A stretch of DNA of 23,288 nucleotides, taken from assembly GCF_006345805.1 (NCBI RefSeq), contig NW_021836622.1:1-23288 (forward strand), written 5' to 3'. Numbering within the stretch: the stretch's first letter is position 1; every line of letters begins with the position of its first letter. The notes under the pieces were generated by a model. It searched no databases, was not told the DNA's origin, and saw only the letters and a program-made list of their open reading frames with translations. Source of the stretch: Octopus sinensis (lineage: Eukaryota). This document shows positions 9,550 to 20,840 of the stretch, piece after piece. The position numbers and the translations under genes were made by a program.

Positions 9550-12500
9550 CTATTTTCTCCCTTCATGATGACCAAGCAGGGTACTCACACCCGCCTTTTT
9601 TATCACATCCTTCCATCGATTCACATACTTTTTCTGTGTCAGGTTCCTCTTCTCTAAATCCATCTTGCTCTTTAGATGGTATCTGAAGTATTTTAACCCA
9701 TATCCAGAGACAAGGTTCCTGACACCAAACCTTCCAATCTAGTTCTCCACACACACTCTTTCAGTACTGCCACCGTACAGTGAAAACAAGCCTCACCTTC
9801 CTTTGAGAGTCCAGCTGGCGGTATCATCTTTATTATAGAACCAGCCGATAGCTGTACTCGTCCCAGATGCGACAACACGTGTTCTACGTAACTTATTAAG
9901 CCTGACAGCTCCTGACAATGTACAAAAGCGTGCTGGACGGTTTCATCGTCCAACCCACATCTTGGACATGTCGGTGGCACTGGCATTCCATCAGGGATTT
10001 TTGGTAATTGTCCAAATACCCCAGCTTGAAAGTCTTCTTAAACAGGTCGGATAGTAGATCCTCATCGAACCCCAGAGCCCCTCTTAGGATGTCGTCATTT
10101 TTTGCCTCTACCATCCTTCTATAAAATGTCAAGGTGGTATTCCCGCAGCCGGCTTTGCCTATCTTGTGGATCAGCCAGAGTGCCTGTCGGCACTCTTTCT
10201 GCCATAAAGTCAGATTCCGTCTTTTAATGAAACCAGGTTTAAATCTCTCCATAGAGTCCGGTTGCGGGAAGAAATTATCTGCCAGCGGACTCCACACCTT
10301 ATCACCTTCCAGGTGAAACCAGAGATGTCTCAGTCTCAGCGCATGCCTGCGCATCATTAACCAAGGCATCCCCAGCCCACCCTTTAGTGGTTCCTGGCAA
10401 CACACGGAGCGCCTTACAAGTGGCTTTCCTCCCTTCCACAAAAAGCGGAAAAGGAGTCGATCCAACTTGCTTAGCCACAAATCGGGGCAAGGCACGACAG
10501 TCAGGCGATAGGTGATTACAGATGCTATAAACACCTGTACCACCTCCGCCCTCCCTTTCAAGGAAAAATGCCTTCCGGACCACTCCCGAACTATGGCTTC
10601 TACCTTGGTCACTACCTCGCTCCAATTTTCTCCGTCTGGGAGTCTGAACCAAACCAAACTCCAAGCAATTTAACAGGACCATCTGTCCAGTGTCCAACAA
10701 CACTGGACGATATCGGCTTGTTCCTCCAGGTGCCGAGGCGCAAACCAGTGGACTTGTCCTTGTTAACTTTTGCCCCAGCCACCGCTTCGTATCTTCGGAG
10801 AGCACCTTCTACACGAGTTAGTTGTGCTTCGTTGGACACGATGAAGGTGACGTCATCCGCATACGCAGAAACAGACTTACCGCATCCGATTTCATTAGGA
10901 TTGCATCTCACCGTCTCCAACTCCCGCAGCAATGGCTCAAGAGCCAAAACGTACAGGAGAGGGGACAAGGGACATCCTTGACGAACTGAACGCTTAATCG
11001 AAAACGGTTCCGTTAAGTAACCGTTTATCTGGACTGTGGACTTGATACCTCTGTACATAGCTGATATCCCCCCGCGAAAGTCAGGGCCTAGCCCAGCCGC
11101 TTCGAGAACCGTCGCCAGGTACTGATGATCTACCCTATCAAATGCTTTACTTTGGTCTAAATGGACCAATGCCCTTCCTTTGCCGGCTAATTGCCCAACC
11201 CTGTCTATAGTGTAGCGTAGAAGGTGAAGATTATCTTCGATCGACCTGCCTGGGATTGCACATGTCTGTGCCTTTCCGACAAGTTTTTCCATGACGACCT
11301 TCAACCTTTCTGCTAACACCTTGGCCAAAATCTTTAACTCTACATTAAGTAGAGTTATGGGCCTATAATTACTAATATTATCCCCCTTGCTCGGGTCTTT
11401 CTGGATCAGCGTCACAACTCCCCGGCTCACAGAACTGGGAATCCTCCCATTCTGTTGCCAGTTTGCGTAGACGCTTGCCAGTATGTCCCCGAACAAGTCC
11501 GGCATACAACAATAAAACTCATAGGGCAGACCATCCAGTCCCGGCGACTTTTCCCGGGCGCATTCAGCCAAAACCCCTCTTACCTCCGCGAGAGTAATCG
11601 GTCCTTCACAGCGTTCCGCTCTGCGTGGCGAGAGCCGAGGCCCACCAGCTAGGAAGTTCTGTAAGTCCTCCCCTCGCTCGAGTGGATCGCCCTCCCCAAA
11701 CAACCGAGCGAAATGCTGTTGAAAGACCTTCTGTATCTCCTCCTGTCCATAGATTTTGCGTCCCTGTTAGTCAGTTAAAGACTTAATAGAATACTTTTTG
11801 CCCTTCTGACTCTCCACACGACGTGCCCATCCGGCAACATTAATACCTTCTCGTTTCACTGCACGTAGCTTAGCTCTGACTCTACATCCTTCATGCTTGG
11901 CATTGAGGTGACGGTACAAGATCGTTCTCTCTGCTAACACTCTAGATGCACAGCCAGATCCCATTGCCTCGTCTAAGTTCTTAACTAAATCGCCCTCTAT
12001 TCTAGTCCTATCTAAACTTAGCTGGTTGCTAAATCTAATGGACTCCAAACGGATGGCTCTTTTGAGGGCGATCCACCATCTATATTAATATGGTTGCACA
12101 TAATGCCCTCTGGACTAATTCCATAATCCGGTTATGGAAAGCTTCACAAGCCAAAATAGACTTGTTCATTTTCCAGTATCCGGGTCCCTGTCTATGACAT
12201 TTATCTACAGTGTACTAACACGTCACTAATTTGTGATCCGTGTAAGGCACATACAAAATTGTGGACAGCTAATGCTATTCCTATCTCGTTCTTTAACAAA
12301 TACCCTATCTATATACGATCTGCGTGAGCCGTCATTGTTACTCCACGTCCACTGTGGAATGCTCGGCTCATCCATTCGAAACCGATCTACTAGATTAAGG
12401 CTCATCAGTAGACCCTTGAGGCAAGGATTCCCCCTTCTATCAGACGAGCCCACACTATCTATCCGCGCATCGATGATAGTGTTGAAATCCCCTACCAATA

Positions 12501-12900
12501 CTAGCGTTTTAGACGTCACTAGAAAGTGCTCCAAGTTCCGATAAAAACCAGTCTGCCTACCCTCATTTGGAGCATAAACAGCTACCAACCTGAAGGACTG
12601 CTTACTCACGTGAGTTACATCGAGGACAACCAGCCTACCTTCTGGGTCCATAAAGACAGTACTTACCTGTAAGTCCAAGTTCTTCCTGATAAGGACTTCC
12701 ACGCCTGCACTTCCTCCTCGGCTAGGAGAAATAAATTTCTCGTAACCATTGAGAAGATGCGAGAACGCTTGGGTTCCTCTCATCTTGGACTCGGTGACAA
12801 TGGCTACATCTATTCTGTGTGTCCTGAGGTCGTCCAGCAAGCAAGCCTGTTTCCATTTCGACCCCATTCCACGCACATTTATACAGCCCAACTTAATCAT
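9550..12900 (-). pseudogene. Tx1-type ORF2 (APE-RT-zinc finger), copy 2; frameshifts plus a 52-bp deletion before the zinc finger
   Basis: ORF-track pieces 12226-12900 (EN, includes GDFN), 10612-11703 (RT, YADD), 9896-10657 and 9693-9986. Bases equivalent to 4309-4360 are missing at 9991/9992. Confidence 0.9.
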
Positions 12901-12920
12901 CGATGAATGAAGAAAGTTTG

Positions 12921-14409
12921 TTACTTACGGTTGTGAGAGGGAGCATGGCAGCTTTTGTCTGCCTGCCTCCCCCACACTCTCCGTTGTTGCTGGGCATTTA
13001 ACCGGCGTTGCCACCGGGCTCTGGGATGGAGTGGCTGCCGGGCTAATATTCAATTTTCCAGCTATCACCTCTTGTGTGACGTCTTTAATCAGGTTGTCCC
13101 TCACGTGTAGTTGGAAGAGTCTCTCCTTCCATACCTCCTCTCCCACCTTCGCATACCTCCAATCCGGGTTTTTTTCCGATGATTTGAAACATTTTATGTT
13201 TGGTTTCGCCTTTATGTACCAAACTACTCTCTCGTTTGTTGTGTTATAAGCAATGCACCTATCGGTTTTTTTGAATCCTTTTAAAGTTGGGGGCTGGTTT
13301 AATGAAATGCTGGCCTACAAAAGTAGTGCCAGTGGGGTGGGATTGGATAATTTTTTTGTGTTGTTCTTCTGCGTTTGTTTTTCTTTTTGTTTGGGGTGGG
13401 GAGTCCGGGTATTGGATTTCTTCCTTTTGTTGGTTACAGTCGTATATTCCATTACTTCCAGTTCTTTTCCATTTGATAAATTATTTTCCCCCTCGTTTTC
13501 GTTTTCGTTTTGTTTCCATTCATTTTCTTTACCTCCTTTTGACTTTCATTTTGCTTTTTCCGGGTATTCTCTTTTGTTGTTGCTGTGATGTCTGCTTTGT
13601 TCTCCACAGCGGTTTGAATGGGGGCATTAACGGGTTTTTTCTTTTTGCACTCTGAGCGGACGTGACCCTTCTGCCCACATTTGAAACATCTGGGCCTACG
13701 TCCCTCCACCGATACCCGCATAGTGTGTCCATCCCCCACGAAGACCCTGTCTGCAAACTCTCCAGCGTTGCATTGTCAGCTTGAACGATCATTTCAAGCT
13801 GCTGACCTTTCCAAAATTTTGCCTCTTTCATCCTCATGTTTAAAATGTTTAATTTCTCTTCTACGTCGAATACGACCGCTGTTGCTGCCCACATTACATC
13901 GTAACCTGTTGGTATATCCTCTATTGTTACCTTAGCTGTTCTGCGCCCTAAGTACGTGGGCAGCAACAGGATGTCTGCACTCTTCAACGTTTGAGTTGAA
14001 ATTCCTTCGCTATGCTAGCTGACTCGAAATGCGCTTCAATAGTAGCGCTTCTCACTCCTCGGCCAACATAGCGAACCTTGTTCCAAATTGGTGCCATGCA
14101 CCGTTCTACCAATTCATTTTTTACATCTGCAATCTTTTTTCCTTAATATTATATACCTTATAAATTACCGTCTTCTCACGGATGATTGTTGTGGGTGTCA
14201 GGGGGGGGTATTATTCTCGTTTCTTCTCCATTCTTTTGTATGAACTTTCTGAACTTGAAGAGATCCCCCATTGCTACTTCCAGTTCTATAACATTGCCTC
14301 CAACGGCTTCCGAAAAACTTTGTTTCTCCTTTGTATCCATTTGATTTCCATTTTTTATAACTTCTCCCATCTCGGGAAAATCAGAATTTGACGTTAAGTC
14401 AAGATCCAT
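12921..14409 (-). CDS. Tx1-type ORF1, copy 2 (frameshifted as assembled)
   Basis: MDLDLTSNSD start at 14409, knuckle CFKCGQKGHVRSEC at 13647-13688, stop at 12921-12923. Confidence 0.82.
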
Positions 14410-14627
14410 ATTAAAATGCAAGTGACTTGTCACAAGAGACAAGATAAAGATTAATTCCACACTGAGTTAATAGCACATATATAAAAAGAAATTTTCTACC
14501 CCGAAGGGCGAAAATTATTTTGTTCCACAAGTTAATACTCCAAAAATTGTACGTGTAAATCCAGAACAGAACGAACTAACATAACAGCTTACAGCGTAAA
14601 ATAATCCGACGTAATCCAAGGAAAAAT

Positions 14628-14643
14628 CAGTAGGTGTCGCTTC
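14628..14643. other. Target-site duplication at the 5' end of Tx1 copy 2
   Basis: cagtaggtgtcgcttc. Confidence 0.92.
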
Positions 14644-14902
14644 TGACAATCTCTGTTCAAAGGTTTTATTTACCTAGCTTCGGTGGAATACATCCACTTG
14701 TTTTCAATAATAGAAATATTAAAATTACTAAGTCTCTCTAAAAGAGAACAACGGCAGCGTTCCCGGAAAATATTAGTTATCGCCATACTAATATGGCATT
14801 CTTATAAAAATAAGAATAAAGCTGACCGCTTATTAGCTCCATGAGGCCATCGCCTTAAGTTAGCTATTTGATACACAAACTGTATCCATATAACCTTTGA
14901 AC
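14628..14902 (-). mobile_element. Partial unit of the hammerhead tandem repeat
   Basis: Matches 8963-9231; interrupted at cctttgaac by an inversion. Confidence 0.78.
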
Positions 14903-14944
14903 GCTGCATTGAAAAGGGGCAATACCCCGAAACGCGTCTGTAGC
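14903..14944 (+). ncRNA. Minimal type I hammerhead ribozyme, U3-A8 variant, intact, plus strand
   Basis: gctgca-ttgaaaa-gggg-caata-cccc-gaa-acgcgt-c^tgtagc; predicted cut after 14938. Confidence 0.85.
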
Positions 14945-15170
14945 TGCGGACAAGTAGTGTGGAGCGACTGACCTCCCTTGTTCAAAGGTTATATGGATAC
15001 AGTTTGTGTATCAAATAGCTAACTTAAGGCGATGGCCTCATGGAGCTAATAAGCGGTCAGCTTTATTCTTATTTTTATAAGAATGCCATATTAGTATGGC
15101 GATAACTAATATTTTCCGGGAACGCTGCCGTTGTTCTTTTAGAGAGACTTAGTAATTTTAATATCTATTA
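14903..15170 (+). mobile_element. Inverted partial unit of the hammerhead repeat (fold-back; arms 14708-14902 and 14980-15170, 77-nt loop)
   Basis: Reverse complement of the unit, beginning at hammerhead stem I; 2-nt (ac) microhomology at the junction. Confidence 0.85.
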
Positions 15171-15475
15171 TATATTATATATATAAATTATAACTATATA
15201 TATATATATATATATAACACTATATATATATATATATATAACTATATATATAACTATATATATATATATATAAACTATATATATATATATATATAACTAT
15301 ATATATAACTATATATATATATAAAAACTATATATATATATATATATAACTATATATAAACTATATATATATATATAAACTATATATATATATATATAAT
15401 ATATATATATATAACTATATATAATATACTATATATATATATATAATATATATATAATATAAAACTATATATATA

Positions 15476-15516
<41 letters not shown>

Positions 15517-15560
15517 ATATATATATAATAAAACTATATATATTATATAACTATTATATA

Positions 15561-15594
<34 letters not shown>

Positions 15595-15782
15595 AACTAT
15601 ATATATATATAAACTATATATATATATATATAATATATAACTATATATATATAAACTATATATATAACTATATAATATATATAGGACCTAAATATATAAC
15701 TATATATAACTATATAACTATATATAACTATATAACTATATATAACTATATATATATATATAGGACCTTAAATATATATATA
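15171..15782. repeat. Interrupted (TA)n microsatellite
   Basis: Direct reading; aac interruptions, and taggacct(t)aaa twice (15682, 15761). Confidence 0.97.
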
Positions 15783-16014
15783 TTTGTAACCACGTGTTTG
15801 CCTACAAACCCGTAAGTACGTTTTCATTTAACTACAAATTGTTATATACACCTGTTTTTCTTTTAATATCCTCAAACAACCAAATAATCAAAAACTCACA
15901 CCCTTAAGAGAGAACATTTATATATATATACACTTCTTTAACTCCCAAGAAAGAATATATATATTTTCAAAAATCAAAAGGAAAAGAAACAAAAGAAAAA
16001 CAAACATTACTAAC

Positions 16015-17233
16015 TTGCAGGCCTGCAACAGACGAAATTGGTCTGATAACGAAATTGATGTTTTAATAAACACATGGTTCTCTCTTTCCCAAACAGAAAA
16101 TCTAAATGTATTGTGTTTGAATGAGATTGCCGAAAAAACATCACAAGTGGTCAACACACGATCCGTCAAACAGATTCGTAGCAAGTTGAAACATATCGAA
16201 GTATCTTTCAAACTGATAAGAGGCCATTATGAAAAGCTTCTACATATTTTCACAGTTCAAGAACAACAACAGCTAGAAAATCAGCAGCCACAACAACAAC
16301 AACAACAGAATGAGCCACTCCTGGTTCCCAGCACAATGGCTGACCCTAACATCGGTCAAGCACAACAAGAACAACAACAGCCACAGCAACAAGAACAACA
16401 ACAGCCACTCCTCAACTCTAGCTTACTAGATGATTCACTAAATGCCAGTTCTTTTCACCGCTCTCACAGCAACCACCACAATTATCATCATCATCATCAC
16501 CACCGCTGCCACCATCGTCTTCTATCACCAAAAATACCAACAGAAAACCAAATAAGAAACCACTGCCCTCTTCCCCCACATCACCACCTCAATACTACTG
16601 CAGTAACAAAAACTTAAAGAAACATAGGAAGCAGAATGCGCCCCCCACGGCACAAACAAGAAATCCCCAAATATGCCGCTATTCACTGCGCCAGAGACTC
16701 TGCACAAATAGTGACTGCATCTTCACGCATCTACCCGGCACTAGACGCACTACCGGCCAAGGCCAAAGCACGCATCCCACAATAACATCAACACCACAAA
16801 TAGTAAATCGAAATTCAAAACACACACAACTCGGAGTCCCAAAATCTGCCGGTATTCCCAACGTGAGAGAACATGTCTACTGAGTGACTGTCTCTTCACT
16901 CATCTTCCAGGGACCCGACGCACAAACAGAAACGGGGCCTCAAGCCAACACACAAACCTGAATAACAATAAAAATAGAAACACACCATGCTGCAGTAATG
17001 CTGGTCCAGTCTTTTCAGGAAGACACAAAAACAACAACAACAAAAGTGGAAACTACAACCCTATCCAACAGTGCAACCACACCTCCAGCCAAAAACTGCT
17101 CCCTAAGCAGGAAAATTCTTTTTTAGCCATGTTGAACATGGCAAAAGAGATACACAAAAACATTCTAGCCATCACTCAACACCATCCTATGCTATTACCC
17201 CAGTGCACCAATTCCCCGCATTGCTGCCACTAA
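16015..17233 (+). CDS. LINE ORF1: Myb/SANT-like helical domain, poly-Gln, Ser/Pro-rich linker, two CCCH zinc fingers (two frameshifts; start not identified)
   Basis: NWSDNEIDVLINTW...IAEK...RSVKQIRSKLKHIEVSFK (16036-16212); ICRYSLRQRLCTNSDCIFTHLPGTRR (16671-16748); ICRYSQRERTCLLSDCLFTHLPGTRR (16844-16921), whose frame stays open to taa at 17231-17233. No ATG found upstream in frame. Confidence 0.65.
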
Positions 17234-20223
17234 CACACACAAAAAATCCAAGCCCCCTGCAACAGTCAAAACCAGCCACTACACTAACCTCCACATTCCT
17301 ACTCAATGCACAAGGTGTCAGCCCTTCCATCAATGCACAAAAATGGAAGGTCCAATTCATTGAAGACTGGGTTGGTAACCATTCACACCACATCCCTTTC
17401 TTCATTCTCACTGAGACCCACCTTGACAACTCCCACTTGGAAGCCGAAGTGAGAGTGAAGAATTTCACAACCATCCGCGCGGATCGTATCGGCAGGAGGA
17501 AGGGTGGAACTGCCATTTTCCTGCATGATTCATTTACGGCAGATGGAAATAGTATATTCTCCAACGGCTACTGTGAATCAGTCACCGTGCACAACAAAGC
17601 CAATGACCTGACAGTAATTGGGCTCTATAGGCCGCCCCAAACACCCATACTGTGCTTTAAAGAATGCCTCAACAGCATTAAGTGCTTTATTCAACAGTGC
17701 CATTCTAGCAACATACTCATGATGGGAGACTTCAATCTACCCTGTGTTGACTGGACTACAAACTGTTTGAAACCAAGCACTCCCGCCTCAACCGCTGACA
17801 AAGAAGCAGCAGAGTCACTTTTCGACTTTACGAATGAGTTTTTCTTGTCCCAACTTGTCCTTGCACCAACAAGACATCAGAACATTTTGGACCTAGTGTT
17901 TAGTAACCACACTAACGCTATACATAACGTTACAGTGGAAAAAAACCCTTCTTTCAGACCATGACATGGTTCTCTGTAACATGAAATTCCACCAGCCGAA
18001 AGCTAATCCTAGTGACCTTCCTCCAGCCCACCCATTTGACAACATGGATCTCCATAAAGCCAACTGGGATGCAATCAGGAACGAGCTATCAAATGTTGAC
18101 TGGTCCTTTACACATACACACATCTCCACCAACCATAAAACATCTTGGCAGATCTTTGTAGACACCGTCACAGACATATGTACAAAACACTCCCCACCAA
18201 GACCTGTGAACAAAAAGTGCAGAATCCCCCAAAACAGAAAAACCATTATCAGAAAAATAAAAAGAACAAACAAAAAAATTAACAAACTAAAGTACTGCCA
18301 ACAGCAACACACACATTCGACGGCTATCGCACTGCTTGAATCCAAAAATATAACCTCCAACAATGCATGAAGACCCTCATCAATAACCAAAGATCAGCTG
18401 AGGAGAAGTGGGCCATTGAAAAAATCAAACTCAACCCCAAAGTGTTCTTTTCATTTGCGAGGAAACGCAGGGTCACTGTCTCCACTGTAGGCCCTCTAAT
18501 TGACGAAACTGGCACTCTCCAAGATAATGCCAAATCCATGGCCGAGATACTGCAGAAACAATACTGCTCTGTTTTCAGCAATCCTGATATGGCCGATCTG
18601 GGCTGTATCAGTGATGTCAACCCCCAACACACTATATCGGACATAACGTTTAGTGCCCCTGATGTCTTAGCGGCGATAAACGAAATAAAACACAATTCAG
18701 CAGTAGGCCCCGATAGGTTCCCTGCTTGTGTCCTGAAGGTGTGTCGACACCAACTTGCATCTCCCGTTGCTAATCTGTGGAGAAACTCACTGGATGCTGG
18801 CTATATTCCAAAAACCTTCTGTCCCAGTCTGTTGTCCCAGTTTTCAAAAAGGGAAACAAGTCCCTTGCAGTGAATTACCGTCCGATCTCACTCACCTCTC
18901 ATATCATCAAGGTATTTGAGAGGGTGGTGAGATCTCGAATAACCCAATTTCTGGAAAGCAACAGACGGCTGATCTCCAACCAACATGGGTTCCGTAATGG
19001 AAGGGACTGCCTAACGCAGCTCCTGCATCACTTTGAGGACATTTTGAGAGCTTTGGAGAGGGCTCCAACACCGATGTCATCTACCTTGATTTCAGTAAGG
19101 CCTTCGACAGGGTCGATCACAAGATCCTATTGAAAAAACTATCCAACATTGGTGTCTCTGGAAAGTTACTGAAAGTTACTGACAGACAGATCTCAACATG
19201 TTGTAGTTGAAGGGGTAAAATCAAGCCCAGCCAAAGTCAGTAGTGGCGTTCCGCAAGGCACTGTGCTGGGCCCACTTCTTTTCATCATTTACATTAATGA
19301 CATTAATGACATCATCAAGCACAGCAACATAAAAATCTTTGCAGATGACTCCAAGCTACAGAAGGTCATAAATGAGGCGAGTGACCGGACATGCCTTCAG
19401 TCAGATCTACTGGCTGTTATCCAATGGGCAGAAAAAAACAATATGCTGCTGAACGAGGATAAATTTGAGCTAATCCACTTTGGAAAAGAGGATGCCCTGA
19501 AACTCCCATACTCCCTTCCTTCAGGTGAAACTCTCGCGGCGTCCAACAACATCAGAGACTTGGGAGTAATTGTGGACAACAACGTAAGCTGGGCCACTCA
19601 TATAAACACCAAAGTTGACATGGCCCGCAGAATGTGTTCCTGGATTCTCAGAACTTTCCAGTCGAGAGATATCCACACCATTATCTTCTCTTCTCCACTT
19701 TTGCCCGACCCCACCTTGAATACTGTTGTCCACTGTGGTCTCCCCACACAATACAAGGTATCATAAAAGTTGAAGCACCTCAAAGGGCAATCACAAAAAA
19801 GATAGATGGCATGACAGGCCTCGACTATTGGGGTCGACGAGAAAAGCTAAAACTCTATTCTCTCCAACGTCGTCGTGAGCGCTACATCATCTGCATGATG
19901 TGGAAAATATTCCATCAGCATTGCCCAAATGATGCTGGCATCACCTTTAAGGTACATCCAAGGCTTGGGCCCCGTGCCATCCGCCCAAAACAAAAATCGC
20001 ACTCTCATCTCATAACAACAATACGGCACAATTATTTCACCTCAATTGGCCCCGCTCTCTTTAACATTACACCAAAACACATTAAAACAGAAACTGACCC
20101 TATAGGGTTCAAGAAGTCTTTGGACAGATTCCTTCAAGAAATCCCGGATAACCCCCTACACCTGGATATGTCTCTGTAAACAATAACTCTCTACTTGAGT
20201 GGGCCATAGTGCCCAAATTCTGA
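17203..20223 (+). CDS. LINE ORF2: AP endonuclease + reverse transcriptase (~1000 aa reconstructed; frameshifted as assembled)
   Basis: EN motifs LNAQG, LTETHL, LYRPP, GDFNLP, NILDLVF, SDH; RT motifs NYRPISLTSHIIKVFER, QHGFR, YLDFSKAFDRVDH, QGTVLGPLLF, FADDSK, RPHLEYCCPLWSP, SLQRRRERY. Reconstructed stop at 20221-20223; the start is approximate. Confidence 0.9.
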
Positions 20224-20288
20224 CTTGAAAGACTTCACCAGGTGGTGCTATAAGTTAGACATGGCCTGGGCCAATAATGGCCGAAACC

Positions 20289-20312
20289 TATCAAAGTATC
20301 AAAGTATCAAAG
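20289..20312 (+). repeat. (TATCAAAG)3 tail of family B
   Basis: Three exact 8-mers right after ggcc-aataat-ggcc-gaaac. Confidence 0.9.
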
Positions 20313-20643
20313 TATAATATATATATATATAAAACTATATATATAACTATATATAAACTATATATATATATATATATATATTATATAATATATATATATA
20401 TATATAATATAATATATATATAATAAAACTATATATATAACTATATATATATATATAAATATAAAAACTAATATATATATATATATAACTATATATATAT
20501 ATAAACTATATATATAACTATATATATATATATATATATAATATATATATTAACTATATTATATATAAAACTATATATATAACTATATATTATATATATA
20601 TAATAACTATATATATATATAAAACTATATATATACCTATATA

Positions 20644-20674
<31 letters not shown>

Positions 20675-20694
20675 AAACATATATTATATATATA

Positions 20695-20749
<55 letters not shown>

Positions 20750-20765
20750 ATATATATATATATAT
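20313..20765. repeat. Interrupted (TA)n microsatellite
   Basis: Direct reading. Confidence 0.97.
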
Positions 20766-20840
20766 ATTATTGGTGAATTGAAGAAATGGAGCTGAACGCA
20801 GATTGAACCGTTCAGCTCCATTCTTCAATTCACCAATAAT
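20766..20840. repeat. Near-perfect hairpin, ~32-bp arms with a 10-nt loop
   Basis: attattggtgaattgaagaa(a)tggagctgaacg - cagattgaac - cgttcagctccattcttcaattcaccaataat. Confidence 0.92.

Larger units (their letters stand above)
9334..14627 (-). mobile_element. Full-length Tx1/L1-clade non-LTR retrotransposon, copy 2
   Basis: Colinear and near-identical to 3646-8962, with the same 5' and 3' junctions and the same TSD. Confidence 0.92.
15783..20312 (+). mobile_element. Near full-length CR1-group LINE, family B (~4.5 kb)
   Basis: ORF1-like region, then APE-RT ORF2, 3' UTR hairpin and (TATCAAAG)3 tail; TA tracts on both sides. The 5' boundary is approximate. Confidence 0.88.

Noticed and set aside
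3630-15170. CRISPR-like reading of the four identical 16-mers, or LTR-retrotransposon reading of the direct repeats
   Set aside because: The 16-mers are kilobases apart and flank LINE ends (TSDs). There is no TG..CA LTR, PBS, protease or integrase, and the enzyme set is APE-RT.
16460-16617. Poly-His tract in ORF 16015-16617
   Set aside because: Frameshift artefact: the alternative frame is Ser/Pro-rich and runs open into the first CCCH finger.
20260-20290. Hammerhead at the CR1-group 3' ends (hairpin followed by GAAAC)
   Set aside because: No CUGANGA-type core, stem I or NUH site; treated as a LINE 3' recognition stem-loop.
20766-20840. Hammerhead or Helitron end within the long hairpin
   Set aside because: ttgaaga is present but no GAAA/stem III; no CTRR terminus at the expected distance.
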